NCBI GenBank assembly: GCA_964242885.1 | Contig: CAXTBU010000012.1 | Span: forward strand, 1-52,772 | Length of the DNA stretch: 52,772 nt | From: an uncultured Actinomycetales bacterium | GTDB taxonomy: Bacteria; Actinomycetota; Actinomycetes; CAXTBU01 | Direction of reading: 5' to 3' | Shown: piece after piece, positions 7,716 to 16,502 of the stretch | How positions within the stretch are numbered: the stretch's first letter is position 1 | How the letters are laid out: each line of letters opens with the position of its first letter | Made by a program: the position numbers and the translations under genes | The notes under the pieces: generated by a model | Database searches by the model: none | Seen by the model: only the letters and a program-made list of their open reading frames with translations | What the model was told of the DNA's origin: nothing

Positions 7716-8743
7716 CGGGACAGCGCCTGCTCCAGAGCGACGACGTGCCCGGTGGTCGCCCTCCGCTCTGGTGCACTCGGCGAACCGGACACGTCAACCG
7801 GTGTGCGGATCAGTCCGCGGACGCCGTGTTCGTGCAGCCACTTCGCGGCGGTGCGTCGTCCCGGGTTGTCGTCCCCGGGGGAGCCACCGGCGACGGCGAG
7901 GGCGTCGCTCGCCAAGACGCTTCGCAGGCGTGCGCACGTCCAGCTCCCTCGCCAGACCGGGACGACGAATGCCTTCGGCACGACAGCGCCGAGCGGAACG
8001 CTCGTGCTGGTGGCGGACGCACCCTGTCGTCGGTGGACCAGTGCAGTCGAGGTGATGCCCCACAGGGCGACGTACCCGGCGGCATCGTCGGTCGGGCCCA
8101 AGGGCCGAAGGTTGGTCGCCGTACGACTGTCGGACGCGTTGCGGCCCATGTCGTCCCGCACGACCGAACCCGCGAGACCGGCGGCGATGTCTGGCGCGGG
8201 ACGAGCCGCGACCGTCTTGGTCAACGGGCGCAGTCGGCTGACGACGAACTCACTGCCCCGGTTGCGCGGTTGCATCTCCAACCTGCTTGCGCCGGCGTCC
8301 TGGTCCAGCCCGGGGCCACCCCGCGAGCGAACCCACCATGAGGGTTCGCCGAGGGCGCCTATCAACCGAAGGTCCAGCAACGACCCGGCTGCCCGGTCCA
8401 GAGCAGCATGTCGTGCACGCTCGAACTGTTCCCAGACCGTCGGATCCTCGCCCATCCGCTTCACCCGAGGGCTGAACAGTCCGCGTTCCGGCTCCAACGG
8501 GAACGGCTCGTCGATCCAGGTACCGGTCGAGGCCCGGGCCGCTGCATGGCGCCGGACTACGCGGGCTAGTTCGTCCTCGTCCAGCCCCCCGCCGTCGAGC
8601 TGAGCGACCGGGGACAGGCCCGGGTCAGGCCAGCTCATCCGGACCGTGGCGACGCCGGCGTCCTCGGCGATCGCCGCCGCGCCCCACAGCAGGGCGTGGG
8701 AGAACAGCTCGCGGACGTCGAAGCCGGTAAAACGGACGGTCAC
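7712..8743 (-). CDS. Type I-G small Cas8-like subunit (Cas8g2/Csb3-like), assigned mainly by position
   Basis: 343-aa ORF between cas3 and cas4/cas1. It is coupled by GTGA (8740..8743) and ATGA (7712..7715) overlaps. No catalytic motifs are recognisable by eye. Confidence 0.55.
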   Translation of the reverse strand: MTVRFTGFDVRELFSHALLWGAAAIAEDAGVATVRMSWPDPGLSPVAQLDGGGLDEDELARVVRRHAAARASTGTWIDEPFPLEPERGLFSPRVKRMGEDPTVWEQFERARHAALDRAAGSLLDLRLIGALGEPSWWVRSRGGPGLDQDAGASRLEMQPRNRGSEFVVSRLRPLTKTVAARPAPDIAAGLAGSVVRDDMGRNASDSRTATNLRPLGPTDDAAGYVALWGITSTALVHRRQGASATSTSVPLGAVVPKAFVVPVWRGSWTCARLRSVLASDALAVAGGSPGDDNPGRRTAAKWLHEHGVRGLIRTPVDVSGSPSAPERRATTGHVVALEQALSR

Positions 8744-11643
8744 GATTCTTTCCCTTCCGGTGTGTTCCCCGGTCCGGCGAGTCCGGAACTGACGGCACCG
8801 TCAGCTGCCCGGAGCACCGCTTCCAGGAAGGCCATCCCCCAGACACCCCATTCGACGTCCGTCTCTTCGACGAGCTGCTCCCAGGTCCCGACGTCGAACA
8901 GGTCCATCGCCTGCTGTCGTTCCGTTTCGTCGATCACCGTCAGGCTCGTGTCGCCGGGGTCGAGCAGACTCGAGCTGCCGTGCCGGAAGCTGGGACGACC
9001 GTGACCGTGCGTCGTCCCGACCAGACGTACGACCAGCTGGCGCTGTCCGCTGGTTGCGTGGTCGAGCGCGGACCAGGCCGAGATCACCGAGAGCTGCTCA
9101 TGTCGCCACCCGTCCGGTAGGTCACCCGAGGCTCGCGCGAGTTCGTCGCGGCGCGGCGTGCGGCCGGAACTCTTGGCCAGCAGTCCCGGGGACCCGTCGG
9201 ACGAGGTGGACGACCCGAAACGGAGCATGCGCTGGAAGCGCACATCGGCTTTGCCGTCGTCGTGGTGTGCTCCCGCGTCGCGCAGCCCGTCGACTAGGTC
9301 ATCGGTCAGACCAAGGACGCGACCCAGTCGCGCCACGCGGTCGGCCACAGCTGCCTGATGTCCGTCCAACGTGGGGTCGACCTCTTCGACGCGCCACGTC
9401 TGGCGTAGGTCGTCGTCGGCTGTCGCCCGACGCCGGTCGGTGACAACCAACCACTGGTGCGTTCCGGTTCCGGAAACCGTCACCTCAGCATCGGACAGCC
9501 GCCCGCGGAGGAGGGTGACACACCTCGCAACGACACCGCCCCACAGCAGCGGCAGGACATCGTGGAGTCTGGTCAGCTCCTCGACCAGCAGGGCATGTGC
9601 CGCTCGGCTGTCGAGCTCGGGACCGGCGGCCGACGCGGCCAGCAGAAGCCGGCGGACCGCGTCGGCTGCGGCCGGGTCTCCGTGATCGACCGGGAGCATC
9701 GTCCCGTCACCGAGACGAAGCGTGGCCCGTTCCTGCTCTCCGTTCGGTCGCCCGGTCTCGAACACGTCGGACGACGAGCCCGCCCCTTCCGGGTCCGGGA
9801 CGCCGGCCGTGGTCGGGACCAGCCGCGGCACGAGCACGACAACGTCTCCCGGGCGGAGCCGATCGTCAGGCGAGAGCAACGCTCTCGTCTCGCCGGCGCG
9901 CACCACGAGCGGTCCGATCGTCCTCGCCGTCTCGACACCGACGGCGTCATCATTGCCCTCGTCGGCGGCGGCCGGGTCGCGGCCCAGTTCGTCGAAGGCA
10001 CGGGCGAGGATCTGTGTCGCTTTCCCGATGGCGACCGGGAAGACCTCGTGTGGCTCGGGGGGCGCGCTCCGGAGCAGTTCGACGGCTGCGATCTGGTCAT
10101 CCGGCAGCTCGCGGGCGACCAGGCCCACGTCGCTGTCGGCCTCGAGGTCGTCAGACAACCAGAGGTCCAGGAAGTGTTCCGCCAGCTGCTCGATCGAGGT
10201 CCTGGCGAGCTGCCAGCTGTCGACCATCTCCAGACGGCTCCACGCGAGCCTGTGCCGCCCTGCCGCGGGTGGCCGCTCCGCCCTCGCCGACCAGGGCGCC
10301 AGGCCGTCCGGCCTTCCGGCAACCCGATCGAGCCACGCGTGGGCGGCCACCAGGTCGTCGTGGTCGTAGGGGAGCCTTCGACCGTCGCCCATGCCGGCTG
10401 CGCCCGGCACGACGACCGTGATCGGCCCCGACGGGCGACTTCCCGCCCGATTGACGCGCCCAGACCGCTGGACAAGTGCCGTGCCCGGGGCGAGTTCGGT
10501 GACGAGCGCGGTCAGATCCAGGTCGATGCCCACCTCGATCGTCTGGGTCGCGACGAGCACGTCGACCCCCGTGTTGCCGGTGGGGCCGAGCAGTCCGGGC
10601 CACCGGTCCCGGATGGCTCCGAGGTCGGCAGGCCGGAGCCGACCGACGACCAGCTCGACGACCAGCCCTCCCCGCCTGAGCTCCTGGGCCACGTCGACAG
10701 CGAGGGCGACGGTGTCCAGGACGCACCCGACTGTCGGGCCGGCCTCGCCTCGCAGCCCGGCGACCAGGTCTGCGATCACCCGGACTGCCTCCCGACGACC
10801 TGGCCCCGTCCGTGGAACCGGCCACTCCTTCAGCGGGGCCAACGTCACGGGTTTCGGTGTGGTCATCCGGGCCGTCAATGTGTCGCCAGGAACGAGGTCG
10901 TCCTCTGCGACGCCGACTTCGGTCAGGTCGGTGGCCGTGTCCGGGGTGGCGGTGGTCTCGACGACCTGCAGGACCGGCACCCCGATCGGCCGGTGTGCGG
11001 CGCGTTGCAGGTCGGCGACCCGGCGGGCGGTGAGGAGCAACTGTCGCGCCAGGTGCGCCTCGTCCACCACGACAGCCGCGTCCATCGCGAACAGGCCGGC
11101 GGCACGCGGCCGAGCCGTCCGGGATGCTCCGTACCCACGGAGCAGCAGTCGGCTGCCCCACATGTCGGGCGTACAGGCGAGCACCAGGCAGCTGTCGACC
11201 GAGTCCAGCCAGGACCGTGGCGCCGGCGACCCACCGCGGATCCGGGCGGTGACGAGGGGATCCCGAGCCGCGGTCGGTCCGTCGACGGTCAGCCCGCGGA
11301 GCGCGTCGGCGACATCGGCCACGACTCCTCGCGTCGCTCCCGACAGCCGCGCGGCGATCCGTCGGGCGTGCGCGTCGTGACTGTCGACGACCACCCGGCG
11401 GTCGACCACCATCGCCAGGCGGCGCGGTATCCGTGGGGCGAGTCCCAGGGCGTGCAGCGCGTTCGCGAACACGTGCACATCGACGACGGAGGTCTTCCCC
11501 GCCCCGGTCGGCGCGACGAGGCGGTCTGGCCATCTTCCCTCGCCCAGCAGGTGGTCCAGCAGACGCTGCTGCCAGCGATAGGGCGCGGGACCGTCGTTGA
11601 CCGCGGCGAAGAAGCTCCCGAAGTCGCTGCGGCTGAGGCTCAC
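8740..11643 (-). CDS. cas3: Type I-G Cas3 helicase with C-terminal HD nuclease domain
   Basis: Helicase motifs: LVAPTGAGKTS, VVVDEAHL, VETTATP, VLVATQTIEVGIDLD, QRSGRVNRAG. C-terminal HD-type motifs: AGAHHDDGK, GWRHEQ, GTTHGHGRP. Start is taken at GTG 11643 (GTGA overlap with the csb2 stop); ATG 11658 is an alternative. The track's 1111-aa version extends into csb2. Confidence 0.9.
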   Translation of the reverse strand: MSLSRSDFGSFFAAVNDGPAPYRWQQRLLDHLLGEGRWPDRLVAPTGAGKTSVVDVHVFANALHALGLAPRIPRRLAMVVDRRVVVDSHDAHARRIAARLSGATRGVVADVADALRGLTVDGPTAARDPLVTARIRGGSPAPRSWLDSVDSCLVLACTPDMWGSRLLLRGYGASRTARPRAAGLFAMDAAVVVDEAHLARQLLLTARRVADLQRAAHRPIGVPVLQVVETTATPDTATDLTEVGVAEDDLVPGDTLTARMTTPKPVTLAPLKEWPVPRTGPGRREAVRVIADLVAGLRGEAGPTVGCVLDTVALAVDVAQELRRGGLVVELVVGRLRPADLGAIRDRWPGLLGPTGNTGVDVLVATQTIEVGIDLDLTALVTELAPGTALVQRSGRVNRAGSRPSGPITVVVPGAAGMGDGRRLPYDHDDLVAAHAWLDRVAGRPDGLAPWSARAERPPAAGRHRLAWSRLEMVDSWQLARTSIEQLAEHFLDLWLSDDLEADSDVGLVARELPDDQIAAVELLRSAPPEPHEVFPVAIGKATQILARAFDELGRDPAAADEGNDDAVGVETARTIGPLVVRAGETRALLSPDDRLRPGDVVVLVPRLVPTTAGVPDPEGAGSSSDVFETGRPNGEQERATLRLGDGTMLPVDHGDPAAADAVRRLLLAASAAGPELDSRAAHALLVEELTRLHDVLPLLWGGVVARCVTLLRGRLSDAEVTVSGTGTHQWLVVTDRRRATADDDLRQTWRVEEVDPTLDGHQAAVADRVARLGRVLGLTDDLVDGLRDAGAHHDDGKADVRFQRMLRFGSSTSSDGSPGLLAKSSGRTPRRDELARASGDLPDGWRHEQLSVISAWSALDHATSGQRQLVVRLVGTTHGHGRPSFRHGSSSLLDPGDTSLTVIDETERQQAMDLFDVGTWEQLVEETDVEWGVWGMAFLEAVLRAADGAVSSGLAGPGNTPEGKES

Positions 11644-13214
11644 GACGCGTCGTCCCATACCGGGTGGACGGTGCCGGCCGGCGCGGCGGACGATCCGGTT
11701 GCGGTGAGATCGGTCGGCAGCAGGAGTCCTCCGCCCAGATGACGGCTCTGCCCGACTGCGACCAGCGCCTGTGCTCCTGCAAGCGTCCCGAGGCTGAGCT
11801 CGACACGGTATGGCTGGACGACGACCCCCTCGTGTCCGCGGTGGACCCAGCGACCGACCCGGCTGTCGGGGACGCGTTGGGCGGCGAACACCGTGACGCC
11901 CCGGTCGAAGGCCCCGTCGGCGAAGCGCCGGTAACGGGTGTCCCCGCGGTCGTGGGCCGCGGGCCACTCGTCGCGGAAGACGAGCGCGACCGACAGCGCT
12001 GCGGCATCGGCCAGCGACCACGGCTGTCGGCGAAGCGGACGGGTGTCCGGGATCGCCACCGGGAACGTCGCCCATCGTCGCTGGGCGTCCCGCGCCGGCG
12101 CCGGCCAGAACCGTGAACCGGTCCGAACGCCGAGGAAGGTCACCCGGCGCCGGCTCCCTCTACCAGTCAGTGTCCGGATCGAGCTGACCGCGGTGGCCAC
12201 CCGGGCGGCCTCGACCGCGTCGGCTCCGTGCGGCAGGGCCACGATGACACTCGTCCGGCTGGGGTCCAGTCCGATGAGCGCTGCCGGCGCGCCGCAGAGG
12301 AGTTGGATGGCGACCCGGTTCGCCGGTCGCGGGACACCCTCGCCATAAGCACCGGTCAGCACCCCGGGGGCCCCTGTGCCGATGGTCGCCACCAACGCCC
12401 GGTGCATGGCGACGGCCCACGTGACACAGTTCTCGGGCGGGACCACCGGACCGGTGAGCTGACACAACAGCGCGGTGTCCCACGGGCCGTCAGGCACGCG
12501 TTCGGCGTCCAGCTCGACGTACCGCGCCGCCGTTCGAGCGCCTCGCACCGCGTTCGGTACGACCTCGTCCTCGGAGCTCCTGACCGCGTCGTCGCCGACC
12601 CTGGAGCTCCGTGTCAACGCGCGGTGAGCAGTCTCAAGAGCTTCGAGCCTGCCGCGCGTTGCGACGTCCAGGTCGACCCCGTCGGTGGCGAACAGCTCCG
12701 CGCCCGGATCGCGGCGGTGGGTCGGTGCGGCAGGCCCGATCCAGACCCGCGCCGGCGTCTGTGAGGTCCCGAGGTGCGACACGTCTGCGACGAGCTCCTC
12801 GAGGCTGTCGACGACGTCTTCCGGTGGCTGCTCGTCCCACGTCCAGGCCAGCGTCCCGGCGACAGCGACCGATCGGTGGTCGTCCTTGCCGAGGATCCGC
12901 GGGGTGTCCTTGAGCAGCAGGCCGATCTGGCGGTACGCCGTCACTCCAGCGTCGAATCGCCGGTGTGCCGGGATCAGGACGCCGTCTGGCGGGTGCTCCT
13001 CGAGCCAGCGCAGGGCTACCCGGTCTGCCGGGGACGGTTCGAGAAGGTCGCCCTCCGCGACGGCTCGCGGTCCCTGGGCCGCCGCCGCTAGCAGAGCGGC
13101 GTGTAAACGTGCCGGGGCCGGCAACATGTCGCTCCCGCCGCCGGCGTCGTGACCGGTGTACGACCCCAGCGGTAGATCAGCGAGCACCGCGAATCCGGAC
13201 GGAGCGGAAGTCAC
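11640..13214 (-). CDS. csb2: Type I-G Csb2 (Cas5/Cas6-like fusion, GSU0054 family)
   Basis: 524-aa ORF. N-terminus: ...LGSYTGHDAGGGSDMLPAPARLHAALLAAA. C-terminus: ...VAVGQSRHLGGGLLLP. Both are typical of this family. The GTG start overlaps the csb1 stop (GTGA). Confidence 0.8.
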   Translation of the reverse strand: MTSAPSGFAVLADLPLGSYTGHDAGGGSDMLPAPARLHAALLAAAAQGPRAVAEGDLLEPSPADRVALRWLEEHPPDGVLIPAHRRFDAGVTAYRQIGLLLKDTPRILGKDDHRSVAVAGTLAWTWDEQPPEDVVDSLEELVADVSHLGTSQTPARVWIGPAAPTHRRDPGAELFATDGVDLDVATRGRLEALETAHRALTRSSRVGDDAVRSSEDEVVPNAVRGARTAARYVELDAERVPDGPWDTALLCQLTGPVVPPENCVTWAVAMHRALVATIGTGAPGVLTGAYGEGVPRPANRVAIQLLCGAPAALIGLDPSRTSVIVALPHGADAVEAARVATAVSSIRTLTGRGSRRRVTFLGVRTGSRFWPAPARDAQRRWATFPVAIPDTRPLRRQPWSLADAAALSVALVFRDEWPAAHDRGDTRYRRFADGAFDRGVTVFAAQRVPDSRVGRWVHRGHEGVVVQPYRVELSLGTLAGAQALVAVGQSRHLGGGLLLPTDLTATGSSAAPAGTVHPVWDDAS

Positions 13215-14425
13215 TGCGCGTCGTCCTCGACAGCGCCCCCGAGAATCGCGGGATTGCCGACGACCCGGAGCGCCTCACCGTTCCAGCGGATCCCGGCGCG
13301 TTGCTCCGCCTGTGTGATCGACGCGCTGAGCAGCGCGTCGGCACTGTCGACGTCGAGCGGCTCCACGTCGTCGAGCCAGCCGTGTCGCCGGTCGACCTGC
13401 ACCGATGTGACACCGGCTTCGACCAGGTCGCAGTTCGCGCGCAGGTACAGCTCGGCGTCGGAACGCGCGAGCGCCGCCAGAGCGAAGGCGGCGAGCAGGG
13501 CCCGGCACGCCGCATCACCGTCCGGTCCGGCGCCGAACCGCATCTGGCGCAGGGTCGCGAACGACAGCACATGCGATCGGATGATCAGGTCGCAGGCCAC
13601 TCCGGCCAGCGCCGACAGCGTGGGCGGGATCCCCCCGAGACCCAGCGGAGACGCCGACTCGGTCGCGTCCCCCTTGGTGCGCCGCGCCAGGTCGGTCAGC
13701 TTCTTCGAGGTCGCGGGGCTCAGCTCGTCCCTCTGGGCATCGACCAGTCCCTCAAGGACGCTTCCCGTCAACTGGACCTGCATGCCCACGGGGTCGACGC
13801 GCGCGCCGCCCCGCAGCGCCGCTTCGGGTCGCTCGCCGCGAGTCGCGTCCCCGGCCACGAAGCCGGTGATCTCCCCGACCAGAGCACTGCGCCACCGGCC
13901 CTGACGACTTCGCCGGCTGGAGTCCCATCCACCGAACACCAGCGTGGCTGGACTCGCCTCCAGCAGTGGTCGCGCGTCGAGAGGGCTGGCGTCGCGCAGA
14001 CGCCGGTACTGCACGGTGTTCGTCGTCGGCACGCCGTCGATCGTTCCGGCCCGGATGTGACCGTCGAAGGCCCGGTGGGGCAGCGTCAGGTCGGAGAAGA
14101 GGGCGCCGGCCCCGTAGTCGACTGTGATGCGCGGCGTGCGGGTCAACGGCTCGAGTTCTGCCTCGATCGCCTGGACGACGGCGGCTTCGGCTCGGTTGAG
14201 CTGCGACTGCTTCGAGTCGAGGACGACGGTGTTGCGCAGATGCCCGTCGAGGAACCGGGTCTCGTACGCGTACGCACCGCCGTCGCGACCTCGAACCGCG
14301 AACTTGGCCGGCGCGACTGACGCGTCGGCTCCGGCCGCAGGCCGCAGCTCAGTCCGCGATGACAGACAACTCGGTCCGCCGGGTGAGGCTGCGGCGGTCA
14401 GTACGTCCAGTGTGAGGCGCTCCAT
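13211..14425 (-). CDS. csb1: Type I-G Csb1/Cas7 backbone subunit (GSU0053 family)
   Basis: ATG 14425 is preceded by GAGAGGA. MERLTLDVL...LRPAAGADASVAPAKFA...AYAYETRFLDG...VVLDSKQSQLNRAE...TLVFGGWDSS...LGLGGIPP. The N-terminal 87 aa in the track ORF are rejected. Confidence 0.85.
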   Translation of the reverse strand: MERLTLDVLTAAASPGGPSCLSSRTELRPAAGADASVAPAKFAVRGRDGGAYAYETRFLDGHLRNTVVLDSKQSQLNRAEAAVVQAIEAELEPLTRTPRITVDYGAGALFSDLTLPHRAFDGHIRAGTIDGVPTTNTVQYRRLRDASPLDARPLLEASPATLVFGGWDSSRRSRQGRWRSALVGEITGFVAGDATRGERPEAALRGGARVDPVGMQVQLTGSVLEGLVDAQRDELSPATSKKLTDLARRTKGDATESASPLGLGGIPPTLSALAGVACDLIIRSHVLSFATLRQMRFGAGPDGDAACRALLAAFALAALARSDAELYLRANCDLVEAGVTSVQVDRRHGWLDDVEPLDVDSADALLSASITQAEQRAGIRWNGEALRVVGNPAILGGAVEDDAQ

Positions 14426-14588
14426 CTGTGGTCCTCTCGGTGGTCGCGGGTGGTCAGGCAGGGGGTAGATCGCCCCACGTCTCGGCATGATGGTGCGACC
14501 GGGTGACAGAACCGCGACGAGCCCAGGCCCGGCGTTCGGCAGGCGTTGCCGGAGTACCCGACACGACGTGATCCGTGGCCCGTCCAGA

Positions 14589-14669
14589 GGCGGGAAGCGG
14601 TGGTGGCTGACCCGCACGATCCGTGTGCGCTGCGAGCTTCCCCGCAATGAAGGACCACCGCTTCCCGCC
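14589..14669. repeat. Perfect 16-bp inverted repeat (GGCGGGAAGCGGTGGT ... ACCACCGCTTCCCGCC) with a 49-nt loop, upstream of the cas operon
   Basis: Arms at 14589..14604 and 14654..14669, read directly. The loop contains a second small palindrome (CGCAC-N7-GTGCG). Next to one arm it carries CAATGAAGG, which is identical to 9 nt of the CRISPR repeat. Confidence 0.6.
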
Positions 14670-14769
14670 GGCAAGGAGGCGCGCACGACGAGCCGCCGTG
14701 GCGCGCGTTGACGGCACAGGCCGACCGACCCACACTTGACGAGTCAGGCGCACTAGCGTCTGAAAGTGA

Positions 14770-14804
14770 GCCCGGCAGCTCTCCGGATGGAGAGTCGGCC
14801 GGGC
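14770..14804 (-). terminator. Stem-loop GCCCGGC-ag-CTCTCC-ggat-GGAGAG-tcg-GCCGGGC, putative intrinsic terminator
   Basis: Two-tier hairpin (7 + 6 bp) located 10 nt downstream of the alternative stop at 14814..14816. It is followed on the minus strand by TCACTTTCA. Confidence 0.5.
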
Positions 14805-14848
14805 TTCGCGTTGTCACGGGACCTCGTCGACTGAGGTGACGATCGGGC

Positions 14849-15340
14849 TCACCCGACGACGCTCATCGCCGTCCGCCCCGTAGGCCCAGGCGACCACATC
14901 GGGTAACACAACAGGCAGTCGCGGTGTGGGGAGTCATGCCGGTAGTCGAACGTCGTTGAGCCGCTGAGAATCCGTGCGATCACCCGACGGTCCGCCGAGT
15001 CCTGGTCGCACGACTCCAGAGTCAGATCGCTCACGCCCTCGTCGACCAGGCGCGTGACCAGCGCGTGCAGGCTCCGCTCTCGGTTCGACCGCTGGGTCTC
15101 ACCTCGGCGGCGTCTGGCAACCACGACATGAGCACGGACGGGAAGCCCGACGACCGCGGTGAGCAGACGCTGGCGCTCACCACGACTCTCGTTGGTCATG
15201 TGGACGCGCGTCGTTCCCTTCCGCGGGAGGGCGCGGACAGTGGGCCGCAGTCTCGATGCAAACTCTGTCTGGGACGTGACCGCGACGAAGACGTACAGGT
15301 TTCCGCGGATGGATTCGTCACCCCAGGCGGCTCTGGTCAC
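14849..15340 (-). CDS. Hypothetical protein with N-terminal DES motif (possibly DUF3800/RNase-H-like); C-terminus probably frameshifted (alternative end 14814)
   Basis: 163-aa ORF: MTRAAWGDESIRGNLYVFVAVTS...RVHMTNES...LTLESCDQDSADRRV. G+C is visibly lower than in neighbouring genes. The family assignment is a guess from motif memory. Confidence 0.5.
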   Translation of the reverse strand: MTRAAWGDESIRGNLYVFVAVTSQTEFASRLRPTVRALPRKGTTRVHMTNESRGERQRLLTAVVGLPVRAHVVVARRRRGETQRSNRERSLHALVTRLVDEGVSDLTLESCDQDSADRRVIARILSGSTTFDYRHDSPHRDCLLCYPMWSPGPTGRTAMSVVG

Positions 15341-15508
15341 ACGAGTAACGTAACCGAACGACCACTGCGGGCTTCGTAGTTCACGCGAAGTGCCACCCGC
15401 CGATATCGGCTGGTGGGCCCGTCGTTGACAGGCTGTGTCGGCCTAACGACGATCGGTTCGTCCTCCGGCCGGCTGACGGCGCGGTCGCCCCCAGAGCAGG
15501 AGAGATTC

Positions 15509-16471
15509 GTGTCGCGTTCAAGGTCCACCGCCCGGTCCGTCACCGTCTCGGCCGCCGCCGCTCTCGCCGCGGCGACGCTGGCGCTGTCCGTGGTCCCGGC
15601 CAGGGCGGCGACCGCGCCGGTCAGCGAACCGCGGGTGGTCGTCCACTTCGACGTCGCCGCCGGCCAGAACGCGGAGAACATCACCCTCGACGGCGGCCGC
15701 GCCGTGGTGGTCAGCCTGGACGGCAGCCGCCAGGTCGTCCGGGTCGACGCCACCGGGACCGTGCGCCCGGTCGCAACGCTGCCGGCACCGACCGCGCCGG
15801 GCGCCAGCGGCTCGGTGACCGGGGTGGCGCGCGCGTCCGACGGGACCCTCTACGTGGGCTACCGCGCCGGCACGGCCGAACTGACCGGGATCTGGCGCAT
15901 CACCCGGACGGGTGCCGCCCCGAGGCGGATCGCCGCGCTGCCCGCCGGCAGCTTCCCGAACGGGATGGCGATCACCGATCGCGACCGGGTGCTGTACGTC
16001 GCCGACTCCGCGCTCGGCGTCGTCTGGCGCATCCCGACCGCCGGCGGCGCCGCCCAGCTGTGGGCGAGCGAAACCGCGCTGACCCCGGTGTCGAACATCG
16101 GCGCGAACGGCGTCAAGGTCGGCGGCGGCGCGGTGTGGGTGTCCAACACGGACCGCGGCCTGCTGCTGCGGATCCCGATCCGGCCGGGCGGCGCGGCCGG
16201 CGCGGTGCAGACCGCCGCCAGCGGCCTGCCCGGGATCGACGACTTCGCGTTCACCGCCCAGAACAACGGGGTGCTCGCCGCGATCAACGCCGAGCGGCGC
16301 GTCGTGCTGCTGCGCGCCGACGGCACGCGGACCACCGTGCTGACCGCCGCCGACGGGCTGCAGAACCCGACCTCGATCGCCGTCAGCGGCGACGAGATCG
16401 TCGTCGCCAGTGCCGCCTACCGGACGATGCGCGACCCCAACCTGCTGCTGGCCCGCATCGCTGGGTCCTGA
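15509..16471 (+). CDS. Secreted beta-propeller-like protein (SMP-30/gluconolactonase/NHL-like)
   Basis: GTG 15509 lies 5 nt after AGGAGAG. Signal peptide: VSRSRSTARSVTVSAAAALAAATLALSVVPARA. Repeated ...G.LYV..../...VLYVADS.../...AVWVSN.. strands follow. Confidence 0.7.
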   Translation: MSRSRSTARSVTVSAAAALAAATLALSVVPARAATAPVSEPRVVVHFDVAAGQNAENITLDGGRAVVVSLDGSRQVVRVDATGTVRPVATLPAPTAPGASGSVTGVARASDGTLYVGYRAGTAELTGIWRITRTGAAPRRIAALPAGSFPNGMAITDRDRVLYVADSALGVVWRIPTAGGAAQLWASETALTPVSNIGANGVKVGGGAVWVSNTDRGLLLRIPIRPGGAAGAVQTAASGLPGIDDFAFTAQNNGVLAAINAERRVVLLRADGTRTTVLTAADGLQNPTSIAVSGDEIVVASAAYRTMRDPNLLLARIAGS

Positions 16472-16502
16472 GCCCGGCGGTCGACGCCAGACAGGGGCGA
16501 CG

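Noticed and set aside
8740-12075. The 1111-aa version of cas3 in the ORF track
   Set aside because: The first ~140 codons overlap the well-supported csb2 C-terminus in another frame and are Arg/Pro-rich. The helicase begins right after the GTGA junction at 11640..11643.
14570-14605. A second degenerate CRISPR repeat that would complete a mini-array (CreA-like) with the 13-mer at 14641..14653
   Set aside because: Only GCCTCT (6 nt) aligns with the repeat, and at a spacing of ~43 nt rather than ~35. That is not better than chance, so the mini-array idea stays speculative.
14454-14753. 99-aa minus-strand ORF in the region upstream of the cas operon, considered as a possible small regulator
   Set aside because: The sequence is low-complexity and Arg/Ala-rich, with no HTH or other motif and no RBS. 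The region is treated as non-coding.
14739-14765. TTGACG ... TAGCGT promoter-like hexamers on the plus strand
   Set aside because: The spacer is only 12 nt, and no plus-strand gene follows for ~750 nt.
14426-14848. I looked for the missing Walker-A half of the ABC ATPase pseudogene, or a direct repeat/att site, on the far side of the CRISPR-Cas locus
   Set aside because: No GxxGxGK(S/T) appears in any frame, and I could see no flanking direct repeats. I cannot claim that the locus inserted into that gene as a unit.
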